Assembly: GCA_918797485.1 (NCBI GenBank)
Contig: CAKKNE010000005.1
Span: forward strand, 3,596,001-3,660,000
DNA: 64,000 bases
Source of the DNA: Pelagomonas calceolata
Taxonomy: Eukaryota
Reading direction: 5' to 3'
In this document: positions 20,558 through 29,804 of the stretch, one piece after another
How positions within the stretch are numbered: position 1 is the stretch's first letter
How the letters are laid out: the number at the start of each line of letters is the position of its first letter
Translations under genes and position numbers: made by a program
The notes under the pieces: model-generated
Told to the model about the DNA's origin: nothing
Seen by the model: the letters and a program-made list of their open reading frames with translations, nothing else
The model's database searches: none

Positions 20558-20581
20558 GCTAGCGGCATGTGAGACACTAGC
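20558..20581 (-). promoter_or_regulatory. Bipartite CTAG promoter-associated motif
   Basis: Reverse complement GCTAGTGTCTCACATGCCGCTAGC upstream of the OTU gene. Confidence 0.6.
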
Positions 20582-20801
20582 AAGCCAAACCCGGAACGCG
20601 AATGCGGCCGTTTGAGTACCGTTCGGTTCGCTAATGGTCCAAGGAGATCAATGGGACACGTCCCAGGGGCCGAAAAAGGAATTTTTTTAATTCGCGGCCG
20701 AGGGCGCCCTACGGTCTATGGCGGCCGCGCCAGTGGAATCCTGTCAATCCCTGTCAAACAGGTCTCCCTGAGGTGGCCTAGGGTCGGTACTATACACGTG
20801 C

Positions 20802-20956
20802 AAGCGCCTACACCGCATACGCCGCCGCTTCAATCATTTTTGGTCGATTTCTCTCAGCAGACCACTCGGTTTAGCCATCTTTTGGCATGGTTTGCTTCCA
20901 GGGCTCTCGGAGAGCACTAGACTGCCGCATCGATGGCGTATGCGGTGCAGGCGCTT
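20802..20956. repeat. 22-bp inverted repeat (21/22) with 111-bp spacer
   Basis: AAGCGCCTACACCGCATACGCC / GGCGTATGCGGTGCAGGCGCTT. Confidence 0.8.
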
Positions 20957-21215
20957 ACCCACTACCAGACCTACCCCACGAGACCTCCAGGAGCCGACCT
21001 GCCCCCGAAAAAAGTGTGCAATTTGGACCCGATGGCGCCCCGTTCCCGTCAAAAACGTCAATTACCCGAGGGCCCCCAGTAGTCGCCGTAGCGGTCTCGT
21101 TGGGCCCCATACTACCCCACCGATAGTCAATTACAAGTATATGACATCTACACGCCGAGAAGGGTGCTTTGGGCTGCCCACGCTCGGGACGTGAACATCT
21201 GCATCTGGACCTCGC

Positions 21216-21581
21216 GCAAGTCGGTCGATCATAAAGCAAATGATCGCGTCATGGTCCATGGTGATGGTACACGGGCTGATGGTCGCAGGTCTGGTTTTTT
21301 TGCTCATATTAGCGAGATGTTGAGGCCGCGATTGGGCCGAGGCGCCCGGAGTATACGGAACCGTTAATCAAATGTAGTACACGCCCAGGCCGGTTATCTG
21401 GCCCGTCCCCAAGCCGAAGCGCCTGAAACGCAAATTTACTTTATAAACCATCGGTCTGGGGCCTTTCCAGTGCCCCGCGTACGCACCGTCGTCCGCGGAG
21501 AACGGGCAAGTCGGTCGATTGTGAATAGAACAACGGCGTTTTGGTCCATCTGGATGGTGGCGTCGCTGATACTCGCAGGTT
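21216..21581. repeat. Two diverged ~75-bp direct repeats, 290 bp apart
   Basis: GCAAGTCGGTCGAT..TGGTCCAT..GATGGT..GCTGAT..TCGCAGGT at 21216 and 21506. Confidence 0.75.
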
Positions 21582-22044
21582 CATGCTCTTCGCCTGTCTT
21601 TGTACAAACGCGTGGGCTCGAAGTTGACGAATCGCGCGGCTCTAACGGAATATCTCAGATAGCTCAGTGGGTGCTGATGCGGGCTAGATGGACTCTACCA
21701 CTAACAAACGGAAGGAAACGAACATAAACTCGGGAGTTGTCTAGTAGAATTCTTTTCCCGCCCTCCGAGCGCGCGCCGTCGGCTCCGGTTCCGTCGAGTG
21801 TGGATGAAAACTGGGCTGGAGTTGATATGATGTATTATTTGGATAGTAGATGGCGTCGTCAATCGCTGGTGTATTTTGGCGACCCGTAAGTCTCATCCGC
21901 GAATGTCGCGGGCGCTGCCTTCCGGGAGGCGCGAGTGTATGTTCCCGGGCCGCTACTCTGAAATATTTGGTCGCGGCGAACGACTAGGGTGTATTCTGAA
22001 TTTTGGCCATTCTTTCGACGCTATCGAGGCGTATCTCTGAATTT

Positions 22045-22066
22045 GCTAGTATGTCGATACACTAGG
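22045..22066. promoter_or_regulatory. CTAG-N12-CTAG motif variant with no adjacent annotated gene start
   Basis: GCTAGTATGTCGATACACTAGG, similar to the 36795 variant. Confidence 0.45.
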
Positions 22067-22232
22067 TTCTATTTTTCCTGCGGACCGCACAGTGCTGCCC
22101 TCCTGCGATAGTGCCGCGCCGCGAAACTTCCGCGAGGCGCGAGGGTATGCTCCTCGGCCGTTTTGGGTGAACGATTGGTCTCGATGGATGCCTATGATCA
22201 ACGCCGTCGACGCGAGTCACAACAACAGAAAC

Positions 22233-23048
22233 TTACAAAACCCACAGCCCCTTCTCGACGAACGCCCTGTGCTTCGCGTCATGCCCATCTATCCAGTTCG
22301 CGTGGGCCACCACCACCGTTCCTGGGTCCCGCGCCGACCAGCGCCGCCGGAAGAAGCTGCGCTTCGCCGAGACGAAGACCTCGGAATCGAGGGCGCAGGT
22401 CACCGGCTTGAAGAGCGGCGGCCGTTGCAGCGCCTGGTGGGCGCGGTTGAAGAGCGGCAGGTTGCGCCCGGGCTCCTTCGCGAGGAGCGCGGCCCACGTT
22501 TTCAACAGCTTCGCCGCGGCGTCCGTCGGCGTCAGGACCAGGAAGCCGGGGTTCAGCAAGCCCTTCTCGCGGTGCTGCGTCTGCGCCCACGCGGCGCAGT
22601 CTCCCGTAAAGTAGGGCCGCGGGTCCTTGAGCCAGAACACGTCCAAGTCCGTGAAGATCAGCCGCGCGCGCGGGTCGTCGCCCCACTGGCGCCGCAGCGC
22701 CGCGTGGGCGCCGATGAGGTGCCGCGCGCGCCGGCTCATCAGCTGCGCGAAGCCGTCCGTGTAGAAGCCGAGCTCGCCGCGCGCGAGCGGCCGCGTGTCG
22801 CGCGACTGCGCCACGCGCCGATACGTGCCCGGTGGTGCGCTTTTACGCCACTGTTGCAAGTGATCTACAATGTCCGCGTCCTCGGCGATGGCGACGACGC
22901 CGATCTCTTGCTCGAGGCCGAGGTTCCCGAGCTGCGCCGCCCAATTATCAAAGAAGTCGCGGTAGTGCATGGAGCACGCGACGACGGCTACGGTCAAGGG
23001 CGGCCGCGCCACCGCTGCGCCCAGGCTAAGGAGCAGCAGCCGCTTCAT
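22233..23048 (-). CDS. Nucleotide-diphospho-sugar transferase (GT77-like), secretory
   Basis: Signal peptide; FTDLDVFWLKDP DxD motif; LNPGF; HANW..K. Confidence 0.85.
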   Translation of the reverse strand: MKRLLLLSLGAAVARPPLTVAVVACSMHYRDFFDNWAAQLGNLGLEQEIGVVAIAEDADIVDHLQQWRKSAPPGTYRRVAQSRDTRPLARGELGFYTDGFAQLMSRRARHLIGAHAALRRQWGDDPRARLIFTDLDVFWLKDPRPYFTGDCAAWAQTQHREKGLLNPGFLVLTPTDAAAKLLKTWAALLAKEPGRNLPLFNRAHQALQRPPLFKPVTCALDSEVFVSAKRSFFRRRWSARDPGTVVVAHANWIDGHDAKHRAFVEKGLWVL

Positions 23049-23208
23049 ATTGGCGGCAGCCTCACTGGTGCTTACCAAAACTCATACTTGCGCGGATCAG
23101 GGCTGTTTTTTTGCACCGCTGCGGCAACTGGCGATGGACTGCAATCGTCTCCGTGGTTCTACGATGGCAAGTGCCGTTTTAGCTGCTTTTTTTGCTAATC
23201 CCGAGCTT

Positions 23209-23232
23209 GCTAGCGGAATGAAGGACACTAGC
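23209..23232 (-). promoter_or_regulatory. Bipartite CTAG promoter-associated motif
   Basis: Reverse complement GCTAGTGTCCTTCATTCCGCTAGC between divergent starts. Confidence 0.6.
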
Positions 23233-23381
23233 AATCGGCAGGCACAGGCCAGTTTGAATATTGCGGTCGCTTAGGCATCGGCAGCGGTACAGCTCCGCTG
23301 GTTTTTACGTAGTCTTTGACCCCGCGCAGCCGTAAGCGAGGAAAACGCGCAGCCAAGACGATTTTCAAGCGCTTCCTGACC

Positions 23382-24038
23382 ATGTCGGCCGTCGCTGCCT
23401 CAAAGCCGCCGGCGCGCGGCACCTTTGTGGTGTTCGAGGGCGTTGATAGGGCCGGCAAGAGCACGCAGTGCAAGCTCCTCGCCGAGGGGTTGCGGAAGCG
23501 GGGCCGCGAGGCGACGCTCATCAACTTCCCGGACCGGACGACGGGCGTCGGCCAGCTCATCGACAAGTACCTGCGGAAGGAGGTCGAGCTCGACGATAGA
23601 GCTGTGCACCTCATGTTCTCGGCGAACCGCTGGGAGGCGGCGCAATCGATCAAGGACCTGCTGGAGAGCGGCGTCGACGTGGTCTGCGACCGCTACGCGT
23701 TCTCGGGCGTCGCCTTCTCCGCGGCGAAAGAGTCGATCGACGATTTGGACTGGTGCAAGGCGCCGGACGCGGGCCTCCCGGCGCCGGACGTCGTCGTGTT
23801 CCTCGAGATCCCGCCGGAGAAGGCCGAGGCGAGGTCGGGCTTCGGCAACGAGCGCTACGAGGTCTCGGACATGCAGGTCCGCGTCGCGGCGAACTTTGGC
23901 AAACTCGTGACGCCGTGCTGGCGCAAGATCGACGCCGCGCGGCCCATCGACGAGGTCCGCGCCGACGTCGAGCGCTGCGTCCTCGCCGCCGCGGAGGTCG
24001 CCTGTTCTTCGCCGGTCAAGACGCTCTGGGAGGACTAG
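23382..24038 (+). CDS. DTYMK: Thymidylate (dTMP) kinase
   Basis: FEGVDRAGKSTQ P-loop, FPDRTT, HLMFSANRWE, CDRYAFSGVAFS, GNERYE. Confidence 0.96.
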   Translation: MSAVAASKPPARGTFVVFEGVDRAGKSTQCKLLAEGLRKRGREATLINFPDRTTGVGQLIDKYLRKEVELDDRAVHLMFSANRWEAAQSIKDLLESGVDVVCDRYAFSGVAFSAAKESIDDLDWCKAPDAGLPAPDVVVFLEIPPEKAEARSGFGNERYEVSDMQVRVAANFGKLVTPCWRKIDAARPIDEVRADVERCVLAAAEVACSSPVKTLWED

Positions 24039-24099
24039 TGCCGTCGCCCCGCCTTAAGAATATAACGAATGACTTACGAACGAACGAGAACAACAAAAA

Positions 24100-26013
24100 C
24101 TAGCCGCGCCCCGACGGCGACTTACGAGTCCGCCGCGCGGCCTCGACGGCCCGCAGCGCCCGTGTGCGGTCCAGGACGGACCCGCGCCGACACAGCCGCA
24201 TGCGGTCGACGCGCGTCCGGAACTTGCGCCACTCGCACAAATGGACCTGCAGGTCGAAGGGCGTCACAGAATCCGAAACCTGCTCCACACAAAGCCCGAA
24301 GCGCGCCCGCGCCGCGCCACCGACGAAGCGCAGCATGGGCCTCAATCTAGGCTCGAGCCGATCCAACGCCTCCTCGTCCAACTGCGCCGTCAGCGCATCC
24401 AACAACACCGCGCGGTGCGCCGACCGCGCGCGCGCCTGGACATGAGGATACAAATAATCAAAGGCCTGCTCCGCGCCGTCGCCCACGGCGCAGGACGCAT
24501 CTAATAAATGCGCTTGCGGGAAGGCGAGGTGCGTGCTTACCAAAAACATCTTTGCCATGGTCGGCCCGACCTCCCGCTCCGCGAGCAGCTCGCCCTCGAG
24601 CTTGACTCGTAAAGCGTCGCCTATTACCGCATCCTTCGCGAGCTGCCCCGACTCGAAGAAGTTCCTCCCGAGGCCTTTCTCGAGGAACGCGTGGACCCTT
24701 CTCCCGAGTTCCGCGAAGCGCGCCGTGCGGTCCACAATATAAAAGACAAATTCCGAACCCGCCGCGCCCGCCGGCGGGTGGCACTGGTAGCACGTCGTGT
24801 GGAGCTTCTTGCCCCGCAGTCGATACGCCTCGTAGCGCCGGCAGAGGGCGCCGCCTCTCCGTAAAGCTTCGAACGGCTTTTGTATTAACAGCTGGCCTAA
24901 CGCCGCGTCCTCCTCGGACGCGTGCTGCTCGAAAAGAGGTCTGAGTAAAGTCTCGAACAACTCGATGTCCCGCGAGCCGCTAAAGGCGAACGTGACTACG
25001 GATCGAGATAGCTCGTCCGACAGCCGCGGCAGCCGCCGGACCACTTCCAACAGATATCTTTCATGCGCACCGAGCGCGCAGTGCCAGGGCATCCACTTGT
25101 CGCCGCGCGCGCAGGGGCCCGTCAGGAACGCCTCGACGAGCGGCTCGCTCGATTTCAGATCTTCCGATTGAGTAATAGAGGCGCATTCCCGGTCAAACAC
25201 ATCATAAGCCGTTCGTTTCAATGCAGAGCACCTACCACCACCACTCTCGATAACGATCTCCGCGTACTCGGACCGCAGCTGCAACAGAGCGAAATAAATC
25301 AGGTGGGCGGCCTCGTTCATGTCACACAGCACATCTTCGGGCGGCGGCGGCGGCGGCGGCCGTCGGCCTCGACGCTTGTCTTTGCGCGACCACTTCGCGA
25401 GCTCGTCGGGGTCCCAGTCGGCACTTTCCACGACTTCTATATCGTCGCCGTCTTCCGGCCAGTCCAGAAAATCCACGCTTCCATCTTCATCATATATAAT
25501 CTCCACACTTCCACCGGTCCGTTTCTTCTTGGGCGGCGGGTGGCAGCGGCAGACGACGGCAGGAAACCATTCTGCCGGTTTTGACTCGTCGTTCTCCGGG
25601 AAGGTGTGCACCCTGATTTTCGAGCCGACGGCGGGGGGCGGCTTCATATCTGTTATGCGGCGTCTCTTTATGGCTTTCTGGGGCGGTTTCGGGGTACGTA
25701 TTTGCCACAATTCACTCATCCGTTGTTCCGGTAGCGCTTGGGCCGGTTGGCGCTGTTCCGTGAGTAGAGGCAGAGGAGGTAATGCAGGTCGCGCGTAGTC
25801 CGGCGGGAGGCACCACGGCTCGGCCGGGAACTTCGTGACGCGTTCGGCGTCGGCGGCGGCGTAGGCCGGCGTGACGCGCGCGGGGCCCGATGGGGGCGCC
25901 ATGATGAGTGGGACGTCGGGCGGGGTCGCTGGCGCTTTTGCGGCGGGTGCGGGGACCGCGTTTGCGTTCGGTGGTGCTTGCAGAGCCATGCTGCTCTGCG
26001 GCTCGATTTCCAT
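24100..26013 (-). CDS. Tudor-like domain + putative aGPT-Pplase1 (HMUDK helical)-like DNA base-modification domain
   Basis: Tudor-like VGSKIRV..WFPAVV..IIYDEDGS; NLS-like KRRR; C-terminal GKKLHTTCY, VGPTMAK, VGDGAEQAF, DLQVHLCEWRKF. CDS is well supported; the family call is by motif recall only. Confidence 0.6.
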   Translation of the reverse strand: MEIEPQSSMALQAPPNANAVPAPAAKAPATPPDVPLIMAPPSGPARVTPAYAAADAERVTKFPAEPWCLPPDYARPALPPLPLLTEQRQPAQALPEQRMSELWQIRTPKPPQKAIKRRRITDMKPPPAVGSKIRVHTFPENDESKPAEWFPAVVCRCHPPPKKKRTGGSVEIIYDEDGSVDFLDWPEDGDDIEVVESADWDPDELAKWSRKDKRRGRRPPPPPPPEDVLCDMNEAAHLIYFALLQLRSEYAEIVIESGGGRCSALKRTAYDVFDRECASITQSEDLKSSEPLVEAFLTGPCARGDKWMPWHCALGAHERYLLEVVRRLPRLSDELSRSVVTFAFSGSRDIELFETLLRPLFEQHASEEDAALGQLLIQKPFEALRRGGALCRRYEAYRLRGKKLHTTCYQCHPPAGAAGSEFVFYIVDRTARFAELGRRVHAFLEKGLGRNFFESGQLAKDAVIGDALRVKLEGELLAEREVGPTMAKMFLVSTHLAFPQAHLLDASCAVGDGAEQAFDYLYPHVQARARSAHRAVLLDALTAQLDEEALDRLEPRLRPMLRFVGGAARARFGLCVEQVSDSVTPFDLQVHLCEWRKFRTRVDRMRLCRRGSVLDRTRALRAVEAARRTRKSPSGRG

Positions 26014-26274
26014 GTCCGGCGGCTCGTTTTTCGCTGTCTTTGCTGCTGGGGTGTGACGCTGTATTGTGGGCGTCCTTCGGCTAGCCCCCTCGCGTCGATT
26101 TTTGGCCTTTGCGAAGAGCACACTGCGCGAGAGCCGCCGGCGCCGCAGAGCCTGGCTCTAACAGACGTCCCGGCCGGGTGTCCCCGACGCATTGTTCGCC
26201 TGCGCCGCGCCGTCGACGCGACCCGCAAACGCAGCCCGCGACGCCGTCGACGCAATTGACACACAAAACACAAG

Positions 26275-27558
26275 TTACTCAGCAGCGAGCGCGTCCGCGA
26301 CCGCCAACAGTTGTAAGTGAGACGCGTACAGATCCAGGTACATGGCCAGCGAACATTCGTGCACGACCATGCGCGGTCCTAATAACCCTCTACAAAGCTT
26401 CTCCTTCTTCGTCCTCTGGATCGCGTCCCGCACGCTATCCTCGAAGTGCCACCTGTCCCGCTCGAGCACGGACAGCCAACAAGCCACGTCATACGGTTTA
26501 AAACCGTGCCAGTGCCACAAATAAGGCTGTTCCGGTGGGACCCTCATAAACCCTCGCGCGTTGTACTTCAAATCATCAAAGCTCTCCCACGCGTGCCAGT
26601 TCCCCTCGGAGACGTCCCTAAAAGGCGCCTTGTCGCGCCTCAACTCTTCCGCGCGCACCTTCTGCCGATAGAAGGTCTCGAGCATGCCCTGGTCGTACAT
26701 CATGAACTGCCACGCCTTCTCGTTGCCCCAATCTAGTAAGTTACCTCTATCGGCTAACATCCTAGGCACGTTCATGTACATGACGCCACTATTTAAACCC
26801 CATATACTGAAAACTTCGGTCCCGGCCAGGAACACGGCCGGCTCGTCGTCCTTCAAGGGGTGCTTGCAGCACTTTGGGTTCGGCCAGCCCCGCGGACACC
26901 CGCGGCACACCGTGAGTTGATTATGCGCGGGCCAATCTCGAGCAAATATAACGTCCGTGTCCGTGTATAGCACGTAGGTCTTGTCGATGTTATGCTGCTC
27001 GAAGATTGGTTTGAGCACCGTAGCCGCAACCAAAGGTACATCTAACCTACCAAAGGCACCCACGGAAACGTGGCCCTGCTTCGACTTTCGGATCTTCAGA
27101 GGTATGTCCGCATAGAAACTGAGACGCCACTTCAGCACATGCGTCCCCGCCCTTTTCAAAAAGCGCACTAACCTATCATCTGGCTCCTCGACGTCTTGAT
27201 GCGGCAAAAACGTATACAAAAAGAAAGGGTAGAGCGTCGGCGCATTGAGCCGCGCCGACGCCGTCGCCGCCCGCGCGAAGTCGACGTACGTCGCGCTGAC
27301 TTCGTCGTCGGGCTTGGACATCGACATGAACCACGCGACGCGGCGGCCTTCGACGGGCGGCGGCAGGGCCGTCGTCGTCGTAGGAGGCACGAAGGGCTTG
27401 ATCCTAGCGCATTCGTGCTGCTGCTGGTTCTTGAGCGTTCTTATATTTACACGCTTGTCATTAGCCCAGCGCGTCGCGTTTGTATGTATGCTGTGCCAGT
27501 TCAGTATCGATGAATTGGAGGCGGCGGCACTCGTTATCAGTAGGAGGAGCCATCGCAT
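26275..27558 (-). CDS. GT-A fold glycosyltransferase (GT8-like), secretory
   Basis: Signal peptide; LYTDTDVIF, NSGVMYMN, DQGML, HWHGFKP; alternative start 27579. Confidence 0.85.
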   Translation of the reverse strand: MRWLLLLITSAAASNSSILNWHSIHTNATRWANDKRVNIRTLKNQQQHECARIKPFVPPTTTTALPPPVEGRRVAWFMSMSKPDDEVSATYVDFARAATASARLNAPTLYPFFLYTFLPHQDVEEPDDRLVRFLKRAGTHVLKWRLSFYADIPLKIRKSKQGHVSVGAFGRLDVPLVAATVLKPIFEQHNIDKTYVLYTDTDVIFARDWPAHNQLTVCRGCPRGWPNPKCCKHPLKDDEPAVFLAGTEVFSIWGLNSGVMYMNVPRMLADRGNLLDWGNEKAWQFMMYDQGMLETFYRQKVRAEELRRDKAPFRDVSEGNWHAWESFDDLKYNARGFMRVPPEQPYLWHWHGFKPYDVACWLSVLERDRWHFEDSVRDAIQRTKKEKLCRGLLGPRMVVHECSLAMYLDLYASHLQLLAVADALAAE

Positions 27559-27756
27559 GGCTGCCCGCCGCCGTCGCATGGTGCGCAATGGCAGCCCTAC
27601 GGGCCGTTTGCGGAGCCGCGCGGCCCGCGCCGTCCAAACTTTGCTTAGGTCTCGGGTTTTGCGCGATTAAATGGATCGGCGGCCAGAGCGCGTAGTGAAG
27701 TTGTTTCTTGATTCTCGCGAAGGTTGAGGCAGCATGGTCTGCGGCCGTCACCGCGC

Positions 27757-27780
27757 GCTAGCGGCCTGTAAGGCACTAGC
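27757..27780 (-). promoter_or_regulatory. Bipartite CTAG promoter-associated motif
   Basis: Reverse complement GCTAGTGCCTTACAGGCCGCTAGC between divergent starts. Confidence 0.65.
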
Positions 27781-27932
27781 AGCAGCAACAAAGCAGCACA
27801 AGCTGGTTTAACCGACCCCACAGGCGTCCTGCGAACAGTAAGGTTTACGCGGGGTTCAGCTGGTAGTGGCCGCACAGCGCTCGAGAAGTTCAGCGCTCTG
27901 AGATTGCGAAAAGGCAGCTCCAGAACAAAAAG

Positions 27933-28493
27933 ATGGCTGAAAGGCGCCCGGCTGCCGCCGCGCCACCCGCGAAGAAAGCCAAGCGAGAAAAAGTAGGCGT
28001 CGGCGTCGGCGTCGTCGTCACGAAGGGCCGGCCGCGCGTCGCGAACGGCACGGTCTCCGACTTCCGCATCCTCGTCGGCCTGCGCAAGGGCAGCCACGGC
28101 GCGGGCCAGTGGGCGCTGCCCGGCGGCTGGCTCGAGAAGGGCGAGGAGTTCCTGGATTGTGCGTTAAGGGAGCTGCGCGAGGAGACGGGCATCGCGCCGA
28201 GCGACTCGGACCTGCCCACTCGCGGCGAGTCGAAGGCTCGCGCCGCGGGCACGCTGCCCTTCGTGGCGAATAATACCCAGATGGACGGCGTCCACTCGGT
28301 GACGGTCTTCTGCTACGTGAAGCTCAAGGACGCGAGGACGGAGGCGCGCGTCGAGGAGCCGGACAAGTGCGAGGAGTGGCGCTGGTGCTCGCGCGAGGAG
28401 CTCGCCGAGCTGCCGCTCTTCCCTCCATTAAAGGCGTTGCTCGAGACGGACGAGGGGCGCCACGCGCTCAACGTCGTCGACTTCCTCGGGTGA
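27933..28493 (+). CDS. Nudix hydrolase (NUDT15/plant NUDX1-like)
   Basis: RKGSHGAGQWALPGGWLEKGE..ALRELREETG Nudix box; EPDKCEEWRW..LFPPL. Confidence 0.92.
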   Translation: MAERRPAAAAPPAKKAKREKVGVGVGVVVTKGRPRVANGTVSDFRILVGLRKGSHGAGQWALPGGWLEKGEEFLDCALRELREETGIAPSDSDLPTRGESKARAAGTLPFVANNTQMDGVHSVTVFCYVKLKDARTEARVEEPDKCEEWRWCSREELAELPLFPPLKALLETDEGRHALNVVDFLG

Positions 28494-28519
28494 CCCCCCC
28501 TCTAACTGTATCGTGTCCG

Positions 28520-29563
28520 CTAGACTAGTCTTAGGAAGGCGGCCCACGACGGCCACTGCGCGAGGACGCGACCGTTGTCGCCGTTCGACCACGACGACCA
28601 GCCGAGCTTGACGACCGCGCCGCTGCGGGTGTCAAGGCAGAGCCGCGCGTGGTCGAGCTCGCCCGTCAATGGAATCGACCGCTCGTAGTTGTAGTTTTGT
28701 AAAGCCGTGGCGATGTCGTTGAGGGGCAGCAGGCAGCCGTATCCCGCGAAGGTGTCGAAGTCCTGGCCGTCGTGGTGTCTCAGTACGCTAAGGCGGAACT
28801 CCAGCGGCAAACGTCGTCCACAGAGCACCTCCACCCTGCTAAGGTCCTCCGCGCGGCAGGGGCCCCGCAGCCGGCCCCGGTTGCGCCCGCCGCCCGAGAA
28901 GCCGCCGATCGCGCGCCACCGCCGCCGCAGCAGCCGCCGCGCGCCGACGGCGCGGCAGACGTCCCGCCGCTTCCGGCGCCAGCGCGGCGCCGCGAGCCGC
29001 CGCATCGCGCGGCACGTCGAGTCCAGCGCCAGCAGGTCCACGACCTCGGCGTCGCCGGCCTCGATCGCCTCGTCGCGCGGCGCGACGTAGGGCAGGATCT
29101 TCGTGGCCACGACGTCCTCCGGCAGGCCCGGCAGCGCGACCGCGGCCGCGCCGAAGGCGATGCGGTGGTCGACGCGGCGGAGCACGTCCAAATTACCGCT
29201 CCAGACGAGGTGCGCGCCGTCCTCCGCGAACCCGAGCGCCGCGAGCAGCGCGCGGCCCTCCTCCAGTCCCGTCTCGCGGAAGGTCCGCGACTCGGAGTTG
29301 ATGCGCTGGAAGCGCTCGTCGTCGGGCGCGTCGACGATGCGGCCGACGACGGCTTGCACGGCGGCGCGCGCGCGCTGGGGCGTCTCGCGCAAGACTGCGC
29401 GCAGCTCGGCGTCGGCGCCGGTCAGGACCGTCTCTGGCGTCGGCGCACGTGGGTGCGATGCGCGCAGCTCCGCGTCAGCGTCGAGCAGCAGAGTCTCGGG
29501 GGTGTCTGGCGTGTCCGGCGTTGTCGGGGCCGCTTGTCTCCGCTGCTCGGGAGTGTTGGGCAT
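28520..29563 (-). CDS. PUB domain + F-box-like + SMI1/KNR4-like protein
   Basis: PUB: IVDAPDDERFQRIN..LLAALGF; F-box-like LPEDVV..ILPY; SMI1-like VEVLCGRRLPLEFRLS..HDGQ. Confidence 0.65.
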   Translation of the reverse strand: MPNTPEQRRQAAPTTPDTPDTPETLLLDADAELRASHPRAPTPETVLTGADAELRAVLRETPQRARAAVQAVVGRIVDAPDDERFQRINSESRTFRETGLEEGRALLAALGFAEDGAHLVWSGNLDVLRRVDHRIAFGAAAVALPGLPEDVVATKILPYVAPRDEAIEAGDAEVVDLLALDSTCRAMRRLAAPRWRRKRRDVCRAVGARRLLRRRWRAIGGFSGGGRNRGRLRGPCRAEDLSRVEVLCGRRLPLEFRLSVLRHHDGQDFDTFAGYGCLLPLNDIATALQNYNYERSIPLTGELDHARLCLDTRSGAVVKLGWSSWSNGDNGRVLAQWPSWAAFLRLV

Positions 29564-29770
29564 GCTTGTCCGGCGTCTCAGTCAGTGCAAACAAGCGGCA
29601 CTTGTTGCAGCTTTTTTGCGCCCACTGACGGCCCCGGGCGCAGAGCGAGTGTCTTGAAGCGGGTGCTACGTCTGACAGCCGTCGTCTGAGGCCGTCAGAC
29701 TCACTCTAAGGCCGTAGGCGATTCGATCGTGGTCGATTTGCCGACAACGCAATCCGCATAATCACTCGAC

Positions 29771-29796
29771 GCTAGCGTTAACACACTTAGGCTAGC
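29771..29796. promoter_or_regulatory. Degenerate CTAG motif variant
   Basis: GCTAGCGTTAACACACTTAGGCTAGC, directly abutting the MITE TSD. Confidence 0.45.
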
Positions 29797-29804
29797 CCAA
29801 AAAG

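Noticed and set aside
21659..21671. TAGCTCAGTGGG, tRNA D-arm/A-box-like
   Set aside because: No T-arm (GTTCGA), acceptor stem or cloverleaf downstream
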